From Lama guanicoe (lineage: Eukaryota): a stretch of DNA of 64,000 nucleotides. The notes under the pieces were generated by a model. That model had not been told where the DNA came from. It was given only the letters and a program-made list of their open reading frames with translations, and did not search any database. The position numbers were made by a program, and so were the translations under genes. The stretch lies in NCBI GenBank assembly GCA_013239625.1, contig MU053557.1, forward strand, positions 4,680,123 through 4,744,122. The letters run 5' to 3'. Shown piece by piece: positions 36,301 through 44,680 of the stretch (the first letter of the stretch is position 1; the number at the start of each line of letters is the position of its first letter).

Positions 36301-39300
36301 ATTGTGGCACCTGCACCCCACCTCCCTCCCTGGTGCAGGTGCTGGGGTACAAGCTGGGCGGGGAGGGAGGTGGGGTGCAGGTGCCACAATTAGTAAGTGC
36401 CCAGTGGGAGAGGAAGTACTGAAGGCGGACCACCCCCCCCCCCGCCCTGCCAGCCTGAGTGGCCCAGGTACGGAGCCATGTCTGTGTCTCCATGAACACT
36501 CATCTCTGGCTTCTCTTTTGCAGCCCCTCGGTCCCACTACCTGGCTGATAGCGGTAAGTTCTGCCCACCCTACTTTCAGCCCACATGTCCTGGGAGGGCC
36601 AGAGCTGAGTCAGCTGCAGGTCCCTCTTAGCTGTATGACATACAACATGGATGTCCCAGCACAGTCCTTATCCAAAATAGTGCACCCCATTGTGTTTGTC
36701 AGAGAGTGGGCCTCAATCTTTGGTTCTGGAACCAAGGTTGCCAGGCCCAACAGCTCCCAGAGTGAAAGAGCACATGCCTCTTCCACCCACATGAGGGCCT
36801 GCCTGCCTGAGTTCTGAGCTCAGCTCCAGTTCTGGGGCCTTTGTTCAGAGCCACCTTGCGGTCAGGACACATGGGCCCACCATGGGATACATGCGTGCAG
36901 GTTAAGGCCAGAAGACTGTGTGAGCGGGTGGGCTGAGAATTCTGCCAGGGTGAGGCACCTTCAAGATGGTCACTTGCAAGTCTGGAGAGCAGTGGAAGGA
37001 GCTGGTGGCCTCTGTCCATGGCCCTTCCCACAGGGTTGGGGAGGAACATTGGCCACTTGCAGCCAGATGACCTGAGAGAGAGGTAACCCTGGTTTGGGGC
37101 TCCTGGTAATTATCTTGGCTCCTTCTTTTCAGATCCCCTCCTCTCCAAATCTGCCTCCCTGCCTGCCTACAGAAGAAATGGGCTGCACAGGGTAAGAGGG
37201 GCTGTGCTGGGGGCACTGTCCTCCAGAGGTTCACAATTCCAGCACTAGCTTATGATTGATGACTTGTGGATGAAAGCCGGGCAGAGGCCTCGGGGTTAGA
37301 CGTGCACTAACAAAAGAACCCCGAGGCCACGACTGCCGTCCTCCCTGTGAGCCCCCACGAGAGGGGCTCGGAGCACCTGGTACTTCTGGCACCACGACTG
37401 TGTGCCCAGCCCTTTACAGGCACTCACTCACTGTAACCCTGCAAGGTTGTTACTATTTTTATTAACCCTATTTTGTGGATGAAGAAATGGAGGCATAGAG
37501 AAGTAGGTGCAGTGACCTGCTTAAGCTCTCATTCCTAGTAAGTGCAGAGGCAGGATGCGAGCCCTGGCCAGCTGCCCCCACAGCCCACACCTGACTGCCG
37601 GTTCCACTCACCTGCCAAGGCTTGGAGCCTTCTGAGCTGTTTGATGGCCTGTGGCGTAAGACCCCCATGGAAGCTGTGAGTTGGTTTAAGGACTGGATGG
37701 GAAAGAAAAATATGTCTTGTTGGAAAAAGAAGCAGCTATGTAGCTAGACAAGTGATGGGGTGAAGGGCAGGCACACTGAGACAGGCGTTTATTTACTGAG
37801 TACCCACTAAGTGCCAGGCACTGTTCTGGGTGCTGAGCGTCCTGCAGTGAATAAATCTGCTCCCGTAGAGTTCATGTTCCAGCTCCTCCCATTGAAAACC
37901 TGTCATGTAGAGGAGACACTGCAGAGGAACAGAAGTGGCAGACTTGTTAAGAGACAGTATTAGTGTTGAGCACACAAAAGGGATCAGAGCTCCACGAGAG
38001 CGCAATGGCTGGTGTGAACGCCCTGCGTCCACCCCCGTCGAGGAGCACACAGGCCCCGTGCCCCACACACCCAGGGCCTAGACGTGCGCTCATGAACGGG
38101 TGTTTACTGAAAGCCTGTTATGTACGCTGGGCACTGCTCTGGGTGCTTGGAGTACCTCAATGACCAAACAAAACAAAGACCTTTGGAGCTTAAATTCTTG
38201 CAGGGAGAAACAGAAAGCAAGTAGTAAACAGCATACAAGTCAGCTTACACAGAAGGTAGGAAGTGCTGGGGAAGAAAGGGAGGAAGCTGAGCAGGATAAG
38301 AGGGACTGGGAGTCGAGGGAGGGGCGACTGACAGTTTCAGACAGGGTTGTCAAGACAGTCTCAGAAAAAAGGGGGGATACTTGAGTAATGAAAGAAAGCA
38401 TGAGCTGTAACTCACCAATAAATGAACATTTATTGAGTGCCTACTGTGTGCAAGGCCTAGGCACTAGGGGTATGGGAGTAAATTAAATATCCCCCAACTT
38501 GAGACAGAGGCTTCTGAGAGGGCCCTGTGTCCCACCAGGCCCAGTCCATTTTCTGGAACACATGAGTACTTGAGGGAGGCAGAGGTGGGCCTGCCTCAGA
38601 ACAACCATGGTCTCTGTCTCCCCTGCAGACACCCAGCGCTGACCTGTTCCACTATGACAGCATGAACGCCGTCAACTGGGGCATGCGAGGTGAGTGCCGG
38701 CCTCCTGGGGCTTCAGAGGGCCCTTGTTATGATGCACTGCTCGTAACTGCGGGTGACCAGCAAACGACACTGGCCTCAAGCTGGGCTCTGTCCAAACTCT
38801 GAGTTCCCCTCCCTTTCCCTTCCTGTTCCCTCCCTTTCCCTTGCTCTTCCCTCGTCCTCTCAAGTCCCTGGCCTCGGGTGATCTCCAGGCCATCTGCCCC
38901 ATCTGGGTTCCCAGCGTCATCACAGAGGGCTGTTCTCCCAGGACTGCTGAGCTAGAGCTGCCTGCCAGCCTCGTGTGGAGGGAAACACTCAGAGCCAGAT
39001 GCACTGTGTTCCCAGCAAAAATTCCATGAGCTTCATGCTCTCTGCCAGTGATGCTCTCCCACCAGCCTCCGCCAGCTCCTACAAGCAGGCTCAGGCAGGA
39101 AAGCGGGCCCACGTCAAACCCTGGAGGACTCCCTCCAGACGATGAAGGGTCTCACCCATGTGTTTCACAGTCTCAGACTGTTCTTATTTATATTCTAAGT
39201 ATCTCAAAAGTCATACTGCCCCTAAAAATACACCTCTGGTTCAGCCCAATCCCTTTTTCTATTGTGTTCATACCAGCCTTGATTTGGGGTGAATTCATTA

Positions 39301-42271
39301 AGGACAGGGTCTCTGTGGCAGAGGCCAGTGTAGTGACACAAAGCAAAGACTGATGGTTTCTACTGTGTGTGTGTCTCTTCTCTCTCTACAGAGTACAAGG
39401 TAAAGAAGATACATAGACCCTGGGTGTCTCTGGGACTCTGGGACCAGCAGAAAGACGACAGCCCCATCCAGGCAGGGAAGGGAATATCAATAAATAACCC
39501 CAAGGGTCCTCTCAGGACTAGCATTTCCAGTCCCTCCTTGGCCTACTTTCCCTAAATTCTGCCCTACGTCTCTTGCTTCCTGAAATCAGACAGTTTCCCC
39601 CGAGGCCTCAGAGACTTTCTGGAGGCTTGTCAATCACAGATACGAGACATTTACATTCAGGCACCCCTGTGCTCACATTAAGGCCAGAAGCCACAAGGTA
39701 ATCCCGGGCAGTATTTGAGGACTCTGGCACCTTGTGTTTTGGGAGACGGTACCTTGGGGCTGCCAGGAAACCCCAAAGAGGACAAACTCAGCCCTTCCTC
39801 CAGACTTCAACCTCTGGCCATTTCTGGATAGAGGAGGGGGCCCAGACACAAAATACATCTGAAGAGACAAGCCCACCACTGTCACCCAACCAGCAAACAC
39901 CCCCCCTCTCTCTTCAGATCTACCCTTATGAACTGCTGCTGGTGACCACAAGAGGAAGAAACCGACTGCCCAAGGATGTGGACCGGACACGTCTAGAGGT
40001 AAGTTTAGAGAACTGAGCGTGAGCCTCTGGGATTGAAGCAATTCCAGAAATTGCCTAATCTAACCCAGCTTGGGAGGGGCAGGCAGAATGAATGGCATTA
40101 AGGCCATGCAGCTTACTGAAAAAGCAGAGACTCCAACCTGGTTTCCTTAGTCCAAGACTGTTCCATGATGTTCCATGCAGCCTCCTCAATTCAGTTAGCT
40201 TCTGTGGTGCACAGCTACAGTGTGTCCCCATCGGGGGCTGATGCTTCTGCAGACGTAAGAGAGCTAGATTTGGTTCCCGCCCTCAAGGGCCTGCAGTCTG
40301 ACTGATAATTATGCAGGACTGTATAGAAAACCAGTACCTGTGGTGGGCGAAGGATGGGGACAGCGCTGTGTAGCGTAAACACATAAGCAAGTCTGGAGCC
40401 AGACTCCCTAGCTTCCAGCCGTGATGCTGCATCCCTAGGGAGAACGGCTTGGCCACGTGACCACCTCACCAAGCAGTTCTCTCCTCTGTAAAGCGGGTGA
40501 TTGTCATGCTTCCCCCAAGCTGCCAAATGACATACATGAGACAATGCACACAGAGCCCTTGACACAGAGCCTGGCAGTGTGCTGAATAGAAAGTTCTCCA
40601 GGAATGTTTCATTGCTGTTATTCAGAGAAGACCACAAAGGCTGGGTGGGTTGACACAGGCTTCCAGGAAGAGGAAGGATTTGGATAGATTTTGAAGGGAA
40701 GGGGAGGTGGGTTTAGATGGATAAAGAGAGGAAGGAAAGCATCGAGAGCAGTGGGAGCAGTGTAAAGAAGGCACAGAGGCGGCCTGGGCGTGGCATTGGG
40801 CTCTGGAGCCATCAAGCCCACTTGGGTGGAGTTCTGGTCCCTGGTTACATGGATTCCAGGAGCACACCCTGCCCTTTCCACCCTGGTGCCTTTCCCTACA
40901 GACACCCTTGCCACTTTGCCAGCCTGCTCACTGCTCGGGGCTGCATTCTAGTGATGCCGGTGCCCCAAAGCCTCCCCCAGGTTGTTGCTCACCTCTTCCG
41001 CCAGGCTCCCGCAGCCCTGTGTCCAGAGCACAGACCTACCACCTTACCCTCTCCTTTGTATCCATCCATTTCCTGTGTGTGACACGTTGTCTGCCATCTA
41101 CCACAGAGCCTGGACTAGGGGAGGTGTCAGGAGATGTTTGTGGAATTGAATGCAGGCTCATAAGAGAGGAAGCTCAGCAGTTCTTGGGAGAAGCATATCA
41201 ACCACCCCTGACCTGAGCAGAGGAGGCCTTAGGAAGGGGATGCGAGTGGATCAGGAGGCCAGGAAGCTCTGCGAGTCCTTCCAGCTCTAGCATGCTGGGC
41301 TAGCAGTGAAGGAAGCCACCTCCTCCTCCTCCTATTTAGGACCACTGTACACTGGTCAGAGAAGAAAGAGAAGGGGCAAATGTGTAGGGGCAAATGTGTA
41401 GGGGCAATTTTTTTAACTGAATAGTACCTGAAAGCCTTTATCTCTTGCACAAGCATGCGAAGCCACCGTGTTTGGCAGCAGGGCTGGAAGGCCCGGAGCT
41501 GCTGCCCCTTCCTTTCTGACTCCCACAGTGATCACAAGGCACCCTGATGAAGGACCCAGGGTAACCAGGGACATATCTTGGAAATGACTGGTGGGTGGTG
41601 CCAGGGTCACTTCTGGTTGTGACACACTACATCTATGAGGCAGGACACTGACATCAGCCAAGCACAATGCCATGAGGATGTGTAGATGAATTAAGGTCTG
41701 TGGAAGGTATGACAGCCATGGAGGTATGTCACTTGGATCAGTCTGAACGAAAGAACTTGCTGTTCAGCTACAAACGTGCAGAGAGCTGCTAATGTCCAGT
41801 CATTAGTTCCACTTAGGACCTGCTTCATTTTTTCAGCTAAGGGCACATTCCTCCCAGGCAACGCCAGCCAGTTACTGAGCATGATGAGGCTAATTTAAAA
41901 GAACAAAGCTCCATCAAAAATAAGGAGTATATTGTGTATGCGTGTTTATGTGCAATATATTGTTTATGGGAAGTCAAATAGCCAGAACTATACATGAAAC
42001 TAGGGGTGGGGTGGCAGCGGGCTTCTCAGCACAAGAGACGTGGAAAACAGAAGACGGCCGTTCTGGGTGTAAGTAAGCCGCCTCCCCTCCCCCGGGCCAC
42101 TCCTGCACCTCACATCCTCAAGTTCTTCCCTCTCTGTCTCCTCCCACCTCCTTTCAGCGCCACCTGTCCCAGGAAGAGTTCTACCAAGTCTTCGGTATGA
42201 CCATCTCTGAGTTTGACCGGCTGGCCCTCTGGAAGAGGAATGAACTAAAGAAGCAAGCCCGGCTGTTCTAG
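292..42271 (+). CDS. ABLIM3: ABLIM3, 5'-partial multi-exon CDS (18 exons in window, approx. human exons 7-24): LIM3 end, LIM4, linker, villin headpiece
   Basis: 18 AG/GT-bounded exons splice into one continuous frame (1477 nt) reading [31 protein letters not shown]...[37 protein letters not shown]; matches recalled ABLIM3 sequence; the N-terminal exons lie upstream of the window. Confidence 0.97.
1230..2560 (-). mobile_element. L2 LINE fragments (degraded)
   Basis: purine-rich L2-type motifs (gagctgagcct.aggatgagaagga, ggaaagccat.ggagagtt.taa, gtcatcggagtgttgggc). Confidence 0.55.
2890..3060 (-). mobile_element. MIR SINE fragment containing (CA)n at ~2964-2983
   Basis: ttttacagatgagaaaattgagccc core. 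Confidence 0.65.
3238..4152 (+). mobile_element. solo LTR, MER21-like (ERVL/ERV class)
   Basis: gaaataag..tatatat..tctgcccccggttcctggcacaga, gatgggggctggtcaccagaaaga, gggttcggtgagcttccaggt, aggacacccagctggtgtc: recalled MER21 hallmarks. Confidence 0.75.
4153..4660 (-). mobile_element. old MaLR LTR (MLT1J/K/L-like)
   Basis: agtcaggactctgttgcttgcaagtgcagaaac...gcttcaggcacagctggac. Confidence 0.6.
6900..6987 (+). CDS. ABLIM3: ABLIM3 exon (~e8), 88 nt, [29 protein letters not shown] (LIM4)
   Basis: cttcttag|GCAGGA...CTCACAG|gtaagc; HxxC/CxxC LIM motif; phase matches neighbours. Confidence 0.96.
8667..8881. mobile_element. MER20 hAT-Charlie DNA transposon, full length
   Basis: termini ccaggtttctca...ttgagaaccatgg; 8-bp TSD gcctagag/gcctaggg; internal agcatccctcgcttctacccagtagatgcc and tgacaaccaaaaat. 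Confidence 0.88.
9540..9830. mobile_element. MIR (+) followed by an L2 3'-end fragment
   Basis: tgaccttgggtaagtctcttaac...ctgtaaaatggg; ttcattcattt..tattaagcactgcctgtgtgcc. Confidence 0.6.
10420..10850 (-). mobile_element. L2 LINE 3' fragment
   Basis: ttcattcatccaatcaaac...gtgccaggc...cagagagaactgcatgtgcgaaggccc. Confidence 0.65.
12760..12975 (-). mobile_element. CR1/L3 LINE ORF2 endonuclease fragment
   Basis: minus [40 protein letters not shown] resembles the CR1 EN motif NF.sQ.VeEpTRg.AiLDLiltN.eeLv......g.sDH. Confidence 0.75.
14220..14430 (-). mobile_element. MIR SINE
   Basis: attaactcattaatcc.cacaac...agatgggaaaactaaggcacaga...cagctagtaagtg..ccaggatttgaaccc. Confidence 0.8.
14665..15045 (-). 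mobile_element. L1MB-type LINE-1 3' end
   Basis: aattaaccattttaaagtg, tttcatcacccca, gtctggcttcttttacttagcataatgtttt, tttttatggctgaataatattccatt. Confidence 0.85.
15885..16060. mobile_element. MER5-type hAT-Charlie element
   Basis: gtggttctc..acctggggagcttgttaaaaa..cccaggccc..ccaggaatctgcatttta. Confidence 0.7.
18899..18957 (+). CDS. ABLIM3: ABLIM3 exon (~e9), 59 nt, (G)[19 protein letters not shown]
   Basis: ccccttag|GTTCTGAG...TTAAAG|gtaagc. Confidence 0.95.
20984..21055 (+). CDS. ABLIM3: ABLIM3 exon (~e10), 72 nt, [24 protein letters not shown]
   Basis: cccacag|CACAGG...ATCTGC|gtatgt; contained in ORF 20912-21112. Confidence 0.95.
24330..24560 (+). mobile_element. MIR SINE
   Basis: agactgcctgggtttgaat...agctgtgtgaacttgg...gtttccttatgcaaaaatgaggata. 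Confidence 0.8.
25015..25170 (+). CDS. ABLIM3: ABLIM3 exon (~e11), 156 nt, [18 protein letters not shown]...ERCGYGE (dematin-homology segment)
   Basis: long pyrimidine tract cctcag|GCTAAA...GGAGAG|gtatgg; contained in ORF 24817-25503. Confidence 0.96.
25250..26350. mobile_element. two MER102-like hAT fragments (~25250-25500 and ~26030-26350)
   Basis: caacatttaaaaatcagg..atttca...aaaatctgg..tttcttgaaaaatc; a related copy lies at ~60680-60870. Confidence 0.5.
26718..26747 (+). CDS. ABLIM3: ABLIM3 30-nt exon (~e12), [10 protein letters not shown]
   Basis: ttccaag|TCGCTG...TCCCAG|gtaatt; peptide matches the recalled ABLIM3 segment between ERCGYGE and DIYENL. Confidence 0.9.
27254..27383 (+). 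CDS. ABLIM3: ABLIM3 exon (~e13), 130 nt, [43 protein letters not shown]
   Basis: cccccag|GACATC...GGTCTG|gtaagg. Confidence 0.96.
28053..28151 (+). CDS. ABLIM3: ABLIM3 exon (~e14), 99 nt, (G)[32 protein letters not shown]
   Basis: gctccag|GGCCCG...ATCCCAG|gtaggc; conserved QAPKHFH motif. Confidence 0.95.
28490..28950 (-). mobile_element. L2 LINE fragment
   Basis: ggtggtcaggaagggcttcctggaggaggtgatatt, ggaacagcaaat..agaggtcctga. Confidence 0.7.
29495..29542 (+). CDS. ABLIM3: ABLIM3 exon (~e15), 48 nt, (A)[15 protein letters not shown]
   Basis: ctggcag|CTGGAG...GGCATG|gtatgg; [10 protein letters not shown] motif of the ABLIM/dematin family. Confidence 0.95.
30097..30126. repeat. (TTCA)n microsatellite
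   Basis: ttcattcattcattcattcattcattcatt. Confidence 0.85.
31823..31957 (+). CDS. ABLIM3: ABLIM3 exon (~e16), 135 nt, (G)[16 protein letters not shown]...YWTYHGSPK
   Basis: tttgcag|GTGATT...CCCAAAG|gtatca; contained in ORF 31630-32082. Confidence 0.95.
33291..33355 (+). CDS. ABLIM3: ABLIM3 exon (~e17), 65 nt, (V)[21 protein letters not shown]
   Basis: ttggcag|TGCCCC...CACAAG|gtaagc. Confidence 0.95.
33730..34750 (+). mobile_element. L1MB-type 3' fragment interrupted by an LTR
   Basis: aaatagttaaacagaattac | gatccatcaattccactcctaggtatataccca...gtggatgaaccctgaaaacattgtgcttagtgaaagaagcca...tttaaaatggttaatttta. Confidence 0.75.
33762..34210 (-). mobile_element. solo ERV1 LTR, MER41-like (cetartiodactyl type)
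   Basis: aaaaatgcacaacctgaaagttgag, cagcctctcagatagctctgagggactgctccaaagagg, tatgggaagatgcaagagtctgggctca; inserted inside the L1MB fragment. Confidence 0.7.
35091..35238 (+). CDS. ABLIM3: ABLIM3 exon (~e18), 148 nt, [20 protein letters not shown]...AGYEMSLDG
   Basis: ctcctcag|CTCCAG...GACGGCT|gtgagt; [12 protein letters not shown] family motif. Confidence 0.96.
35690..36170 (-). mobile_element. two tandem MIR SINE fragments
   Basis: ccactttgtagatgagagacctgagg; cccattttacagataagaaaatgaggc. Confidence 0.7.
36285..36406. repeat. perfect 46-bp inverted repeat with 30-nt spacer
   Basis: 36285-36330 CACTGGGCACTTACTAATTGTGGCACCTGCACCCCACCTCCCTCCC is the exact reverse complement of 36361-36406. 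Confidence 0.97.
36524..36553 (+). CDS. ABLIM3: ABLIM3 30-nt exon (~e19), (S)PRSHYLADS
   Basis: ttttgcag|CCCCTC...ATAGCG|gtaagt; phase 1-1. Confidence 0.92.
37133..37191 (+). CDS. ABLIM3: ABLIM3 exon (~e20), 59 nt, (D)[19 protein letters not shown]
   Basis: ttttcag|ATCCCC...CACAGG|gtaaga; SKSASLP...NGLHR motif. Confidence 0.95.
37390..37570 (-). mobile_element. MIR SINE
   Basis: ccctattttgtggatgaagaaatggaggcatagaga...ctagtaagtgcagaggcaggat. Confidence 0.7.
37785..38480 (-). mobile_element. L2 LINE 3' fragments (several)
   Basis: tttactgagtacccactaagtgccaggcactgttctggg; aacatttattgagtgcctactgtgtgc. Confidence 0.65.
38629..38689 (+). CDS. ABLIM3: ABLIM3 exon (~e21), 61 nt, [20 protein letters not shown]
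   Basis: cctgcag|ACACCC...ATGCGAG|gtgagt. Confidence 0.95.
39392..39399 (+). CDS. ABLIM3: ABLIM3 8-nt microexon (~e22), (E)YK
   Basis: tctctctacag|AGTACAAG|gtaaag; required to bridge phase 1 (38689) to phase 0 (39918) and gives WGMR-EYK-IYPY. Confidence 0.92.
39918..39998 (+). CDS. ABLIM3: ABLIM3 exon (~e23), 81 nt, [27 protein letters not shown] (villin headpiece, N-terminal half)
   Basis: tcttcag|ATCTAC...CTAGAG|gtaagt. Confidence 0.96.
41372..41407 (+). repeat. 14-bp tandem repeat, ~2.6 copies (aggggcaaatgtgt)
   Basis: aggggcaaatgtgt aggggcaaatgtgt aggggcaa. Confidence 0.85.
42158..42271 (+). CDS. ABLIM3: ABLIM3 last coding exon (~e24), [37 protein letters not shown] (villin headpiece)
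   Basis: ctttcag|CGCCAC...TTCTAG; canonical headpiece F..F.M...F..L..WK...LKK...LF. Confidence 0.97.
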   Translation, partial: RHLSQEEFYQVFGMTISEFDRLALWKRNELKKQARLF

Positions 42272-44385
42272 GCAGAGGCTCTATAAATACATATGCATTT
42301 GTATAAAGATCTATGTATATAAAACTAGAGATAGAGCTAGAGATATAAAACCTCTATCCTGAAGCTCGGTATAATCCTCTCCTGTGTATCGGGACTCACT
42401 GCCTGCCATGAGACTTGCTTTCTGTACCGTCAGGCAAGCCCACGTCATCAAGATTTTTTTATGCTCCTTACTTTCTCTTTTCTAAGTGCAATGGGTTTGG
42501 GGAAGGGATCTGAGGGGACTCCCAGCCTTTTACTGGGGAGCCTTTTTATATTGAAACATCTGTCCTGAGTTCCCCAAGGTCCAACTCTCTTTCCTAAAAG
42601 AGGTGCCTGAAGGAGTCTCTCTTCTCCTCGGCTCTTTCCCCCCAGTCTCCAGGGAGGATGCTGACCACGCACTTCTCATACCTTATTGGCCCCAGAGGGG
42701 CCCTCCCACGGGAGGATCCAGAGTTCTCCCCAAGTCACTGAGCACCTTTGAGAGCCTGTGAAGAATTTTCTCATCGCCCCTACTAGGACCTCAGTGCTCT
42801 CTGGGGGTGACGCAGCTGTGAGTGTGGGCCTCACATCCACTCGTTACAGAAGGAAACAGAAGTGGAGAGGGCCTTGGCTTCTCACCTCTTCAGTCCTCCT
42901 TCTGCCCTTGATTCTCACCTCTGATCCAAATCTGTGACTCATGGTAGGAAAACAACAAGCACTTCCCTTCCCCACACATTACCTCCAATGGCCCCTTGCC
43001 TGGCCCCCCACGTGGAGAACCAGAGGGAGGGAGCAGGAGACAGAGTTGGAGCCGCAGGACCTCTTGGGACCCTCCCTCACTATCCTGACCCTCCTGATCC
43101 CACCCCCTTTGGAGGAGAGGCCCATTATCACAGCCTGTATTCTTCAGCCTTACTACAATCTATGTGCCTGACAACTCACCACAGGGCTACTGTTCCCACC
43201 ACAGCTCCAACTGAACAACTAGACAGACAACCTCTAACACACACCCCCTCAAAGGTAATATAGGCCATGTCCTAAAGAAAGGCTCTTGGTCTATGTCTGC
43301 TGGTCCCCAGGCTGGCAGAAAAACCCAACCAGACCCCCACTAGTCCTTGGCTCCCACTGCAAAGTTGGCCATGGTTCATGGAGGAAACTTTTGGAAGAAT
43401 GGCTGCCTGTGAGATTCCAAAATGGAGCACTGACCAACACCACTCACGGTCATCCTAATTTCCCCAGTGGCTGCCTTTCCTGCCTCCTTGCCTTCTGGCA
43501 CAGGGGTGAAAGCTTAACCTTCTCACCTCCTCTAGCCAAACCTGCAACCATGAGTTGGTATGGTTGGTGGGGTAGGTTCCTTCCTGGAGATGCCCTGAGT
43601 CAGACCATGGAAGTCATGGAGGAAGGATGAAGAAGTGGAAATGACAATTGTAGCTCTCAAGAGGCTGGTGATGTCATGTGGCAAATGTAGAACTGACTTC
43701 AACTCAACAAACCCTCACTGAGCACCTGCTGATGCTGAGCACCTGCTGTATACTGAGCACTGAATGGGGGAGGGAGATGGAAATACTGGGATGATCAACA
43801 TAGGGCCCATTCTGCTGGGCATGCCTACGAACATGGGTATCATACGGCACATACACAGACATGATGGATGTGAGGCACAAAGGGATAGGAGAAAGCATGA
43901 GAAAGTGTGACATTACTGAGAAGGCCGATGCAGTTGATGCCGACCAAGGAAAGCTTTCTGGAAGAGACTGCATTCGAGCAAAGTTCAGGAAGGATCTTTG
44001 CAAACTGGGAGGAAACTGTAACTTCAAAGGGTGATAGGATGAGGGGCCAGAAGGGAGATCTAATATGCTTTCATTTAAAATGTCAACCCTCTCTGCAACT
44101 TCTCTTTTTGGCCAATGTCTTTCAACTGTCCTGTGACCCCTTTAGAAATGTCCCCAGCCAGACAGTCATTGAAACTGCCTCATTATCACTGGTTTAGAAC
44201 TTGGCAAGACTGAAGGGCTTTTGTTACAGTTGTTGGGTATTTTTGTTCCCCATAAAAGCACATAACTTCAACTCAGACTTGTGTCTTTCTGTTGTTTCTA
44301 GTGTGAGTAGAAATGAGTGATGTGGGAAGAGGCTGAACCATGCACATTTTTCAAAATAAAAGGGTTAGAGAGAAGCCTGCCCTTG
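42272..44385 (+). other. ABLIM3: ABLIM3 3'UTR (~2.1 kb; end approximate)
   Basis: follows the TAG stop; ends shortly after AATAAA at 44355-44360. Confidence 0.7.
44355..44360 (+). terminator. polyadenylation signal AATAAA
   Basis: tttcaaAATAAAaggg, followed ~25-45 nt later by a U/GU-rich tract (cttggccttggtttctctttctgg). Confidence 0.72.
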
Positions 44386-44680
44386 GCCTTGGTTTCTCTT
44401 TCTGGAAGCAAATTTGACAAGGTAAGCATTACCCAGATTGCTCCCTGCAGAACATGGGGTCCTGCAGGACCGAGGAGGATATTCCCATAACAACTAAGGT
44501 TCTGTGATCAAAAAATAAGAACAGCAAGACCAAGGTGAGCCAGCAACTTCCAAGAGGCAGTGAACCTGGAGGTGGGGAAGCACGGTGAGTGTCAGAGTTC
44601 TCATCCTCAGTAAGCCAGAAACTGCCCGACCTCTGCACTGACCTCGTCTGATTCAGTGCTGCAGTTACTGACAAACACAA

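Noticed and set aside
43716..43765. Triple ctgagcac repeat in the 3'UTR
   Set aside because: Explained by a decayed L2 3' end (tcaacaaac...tgagcacct) with local slippage.
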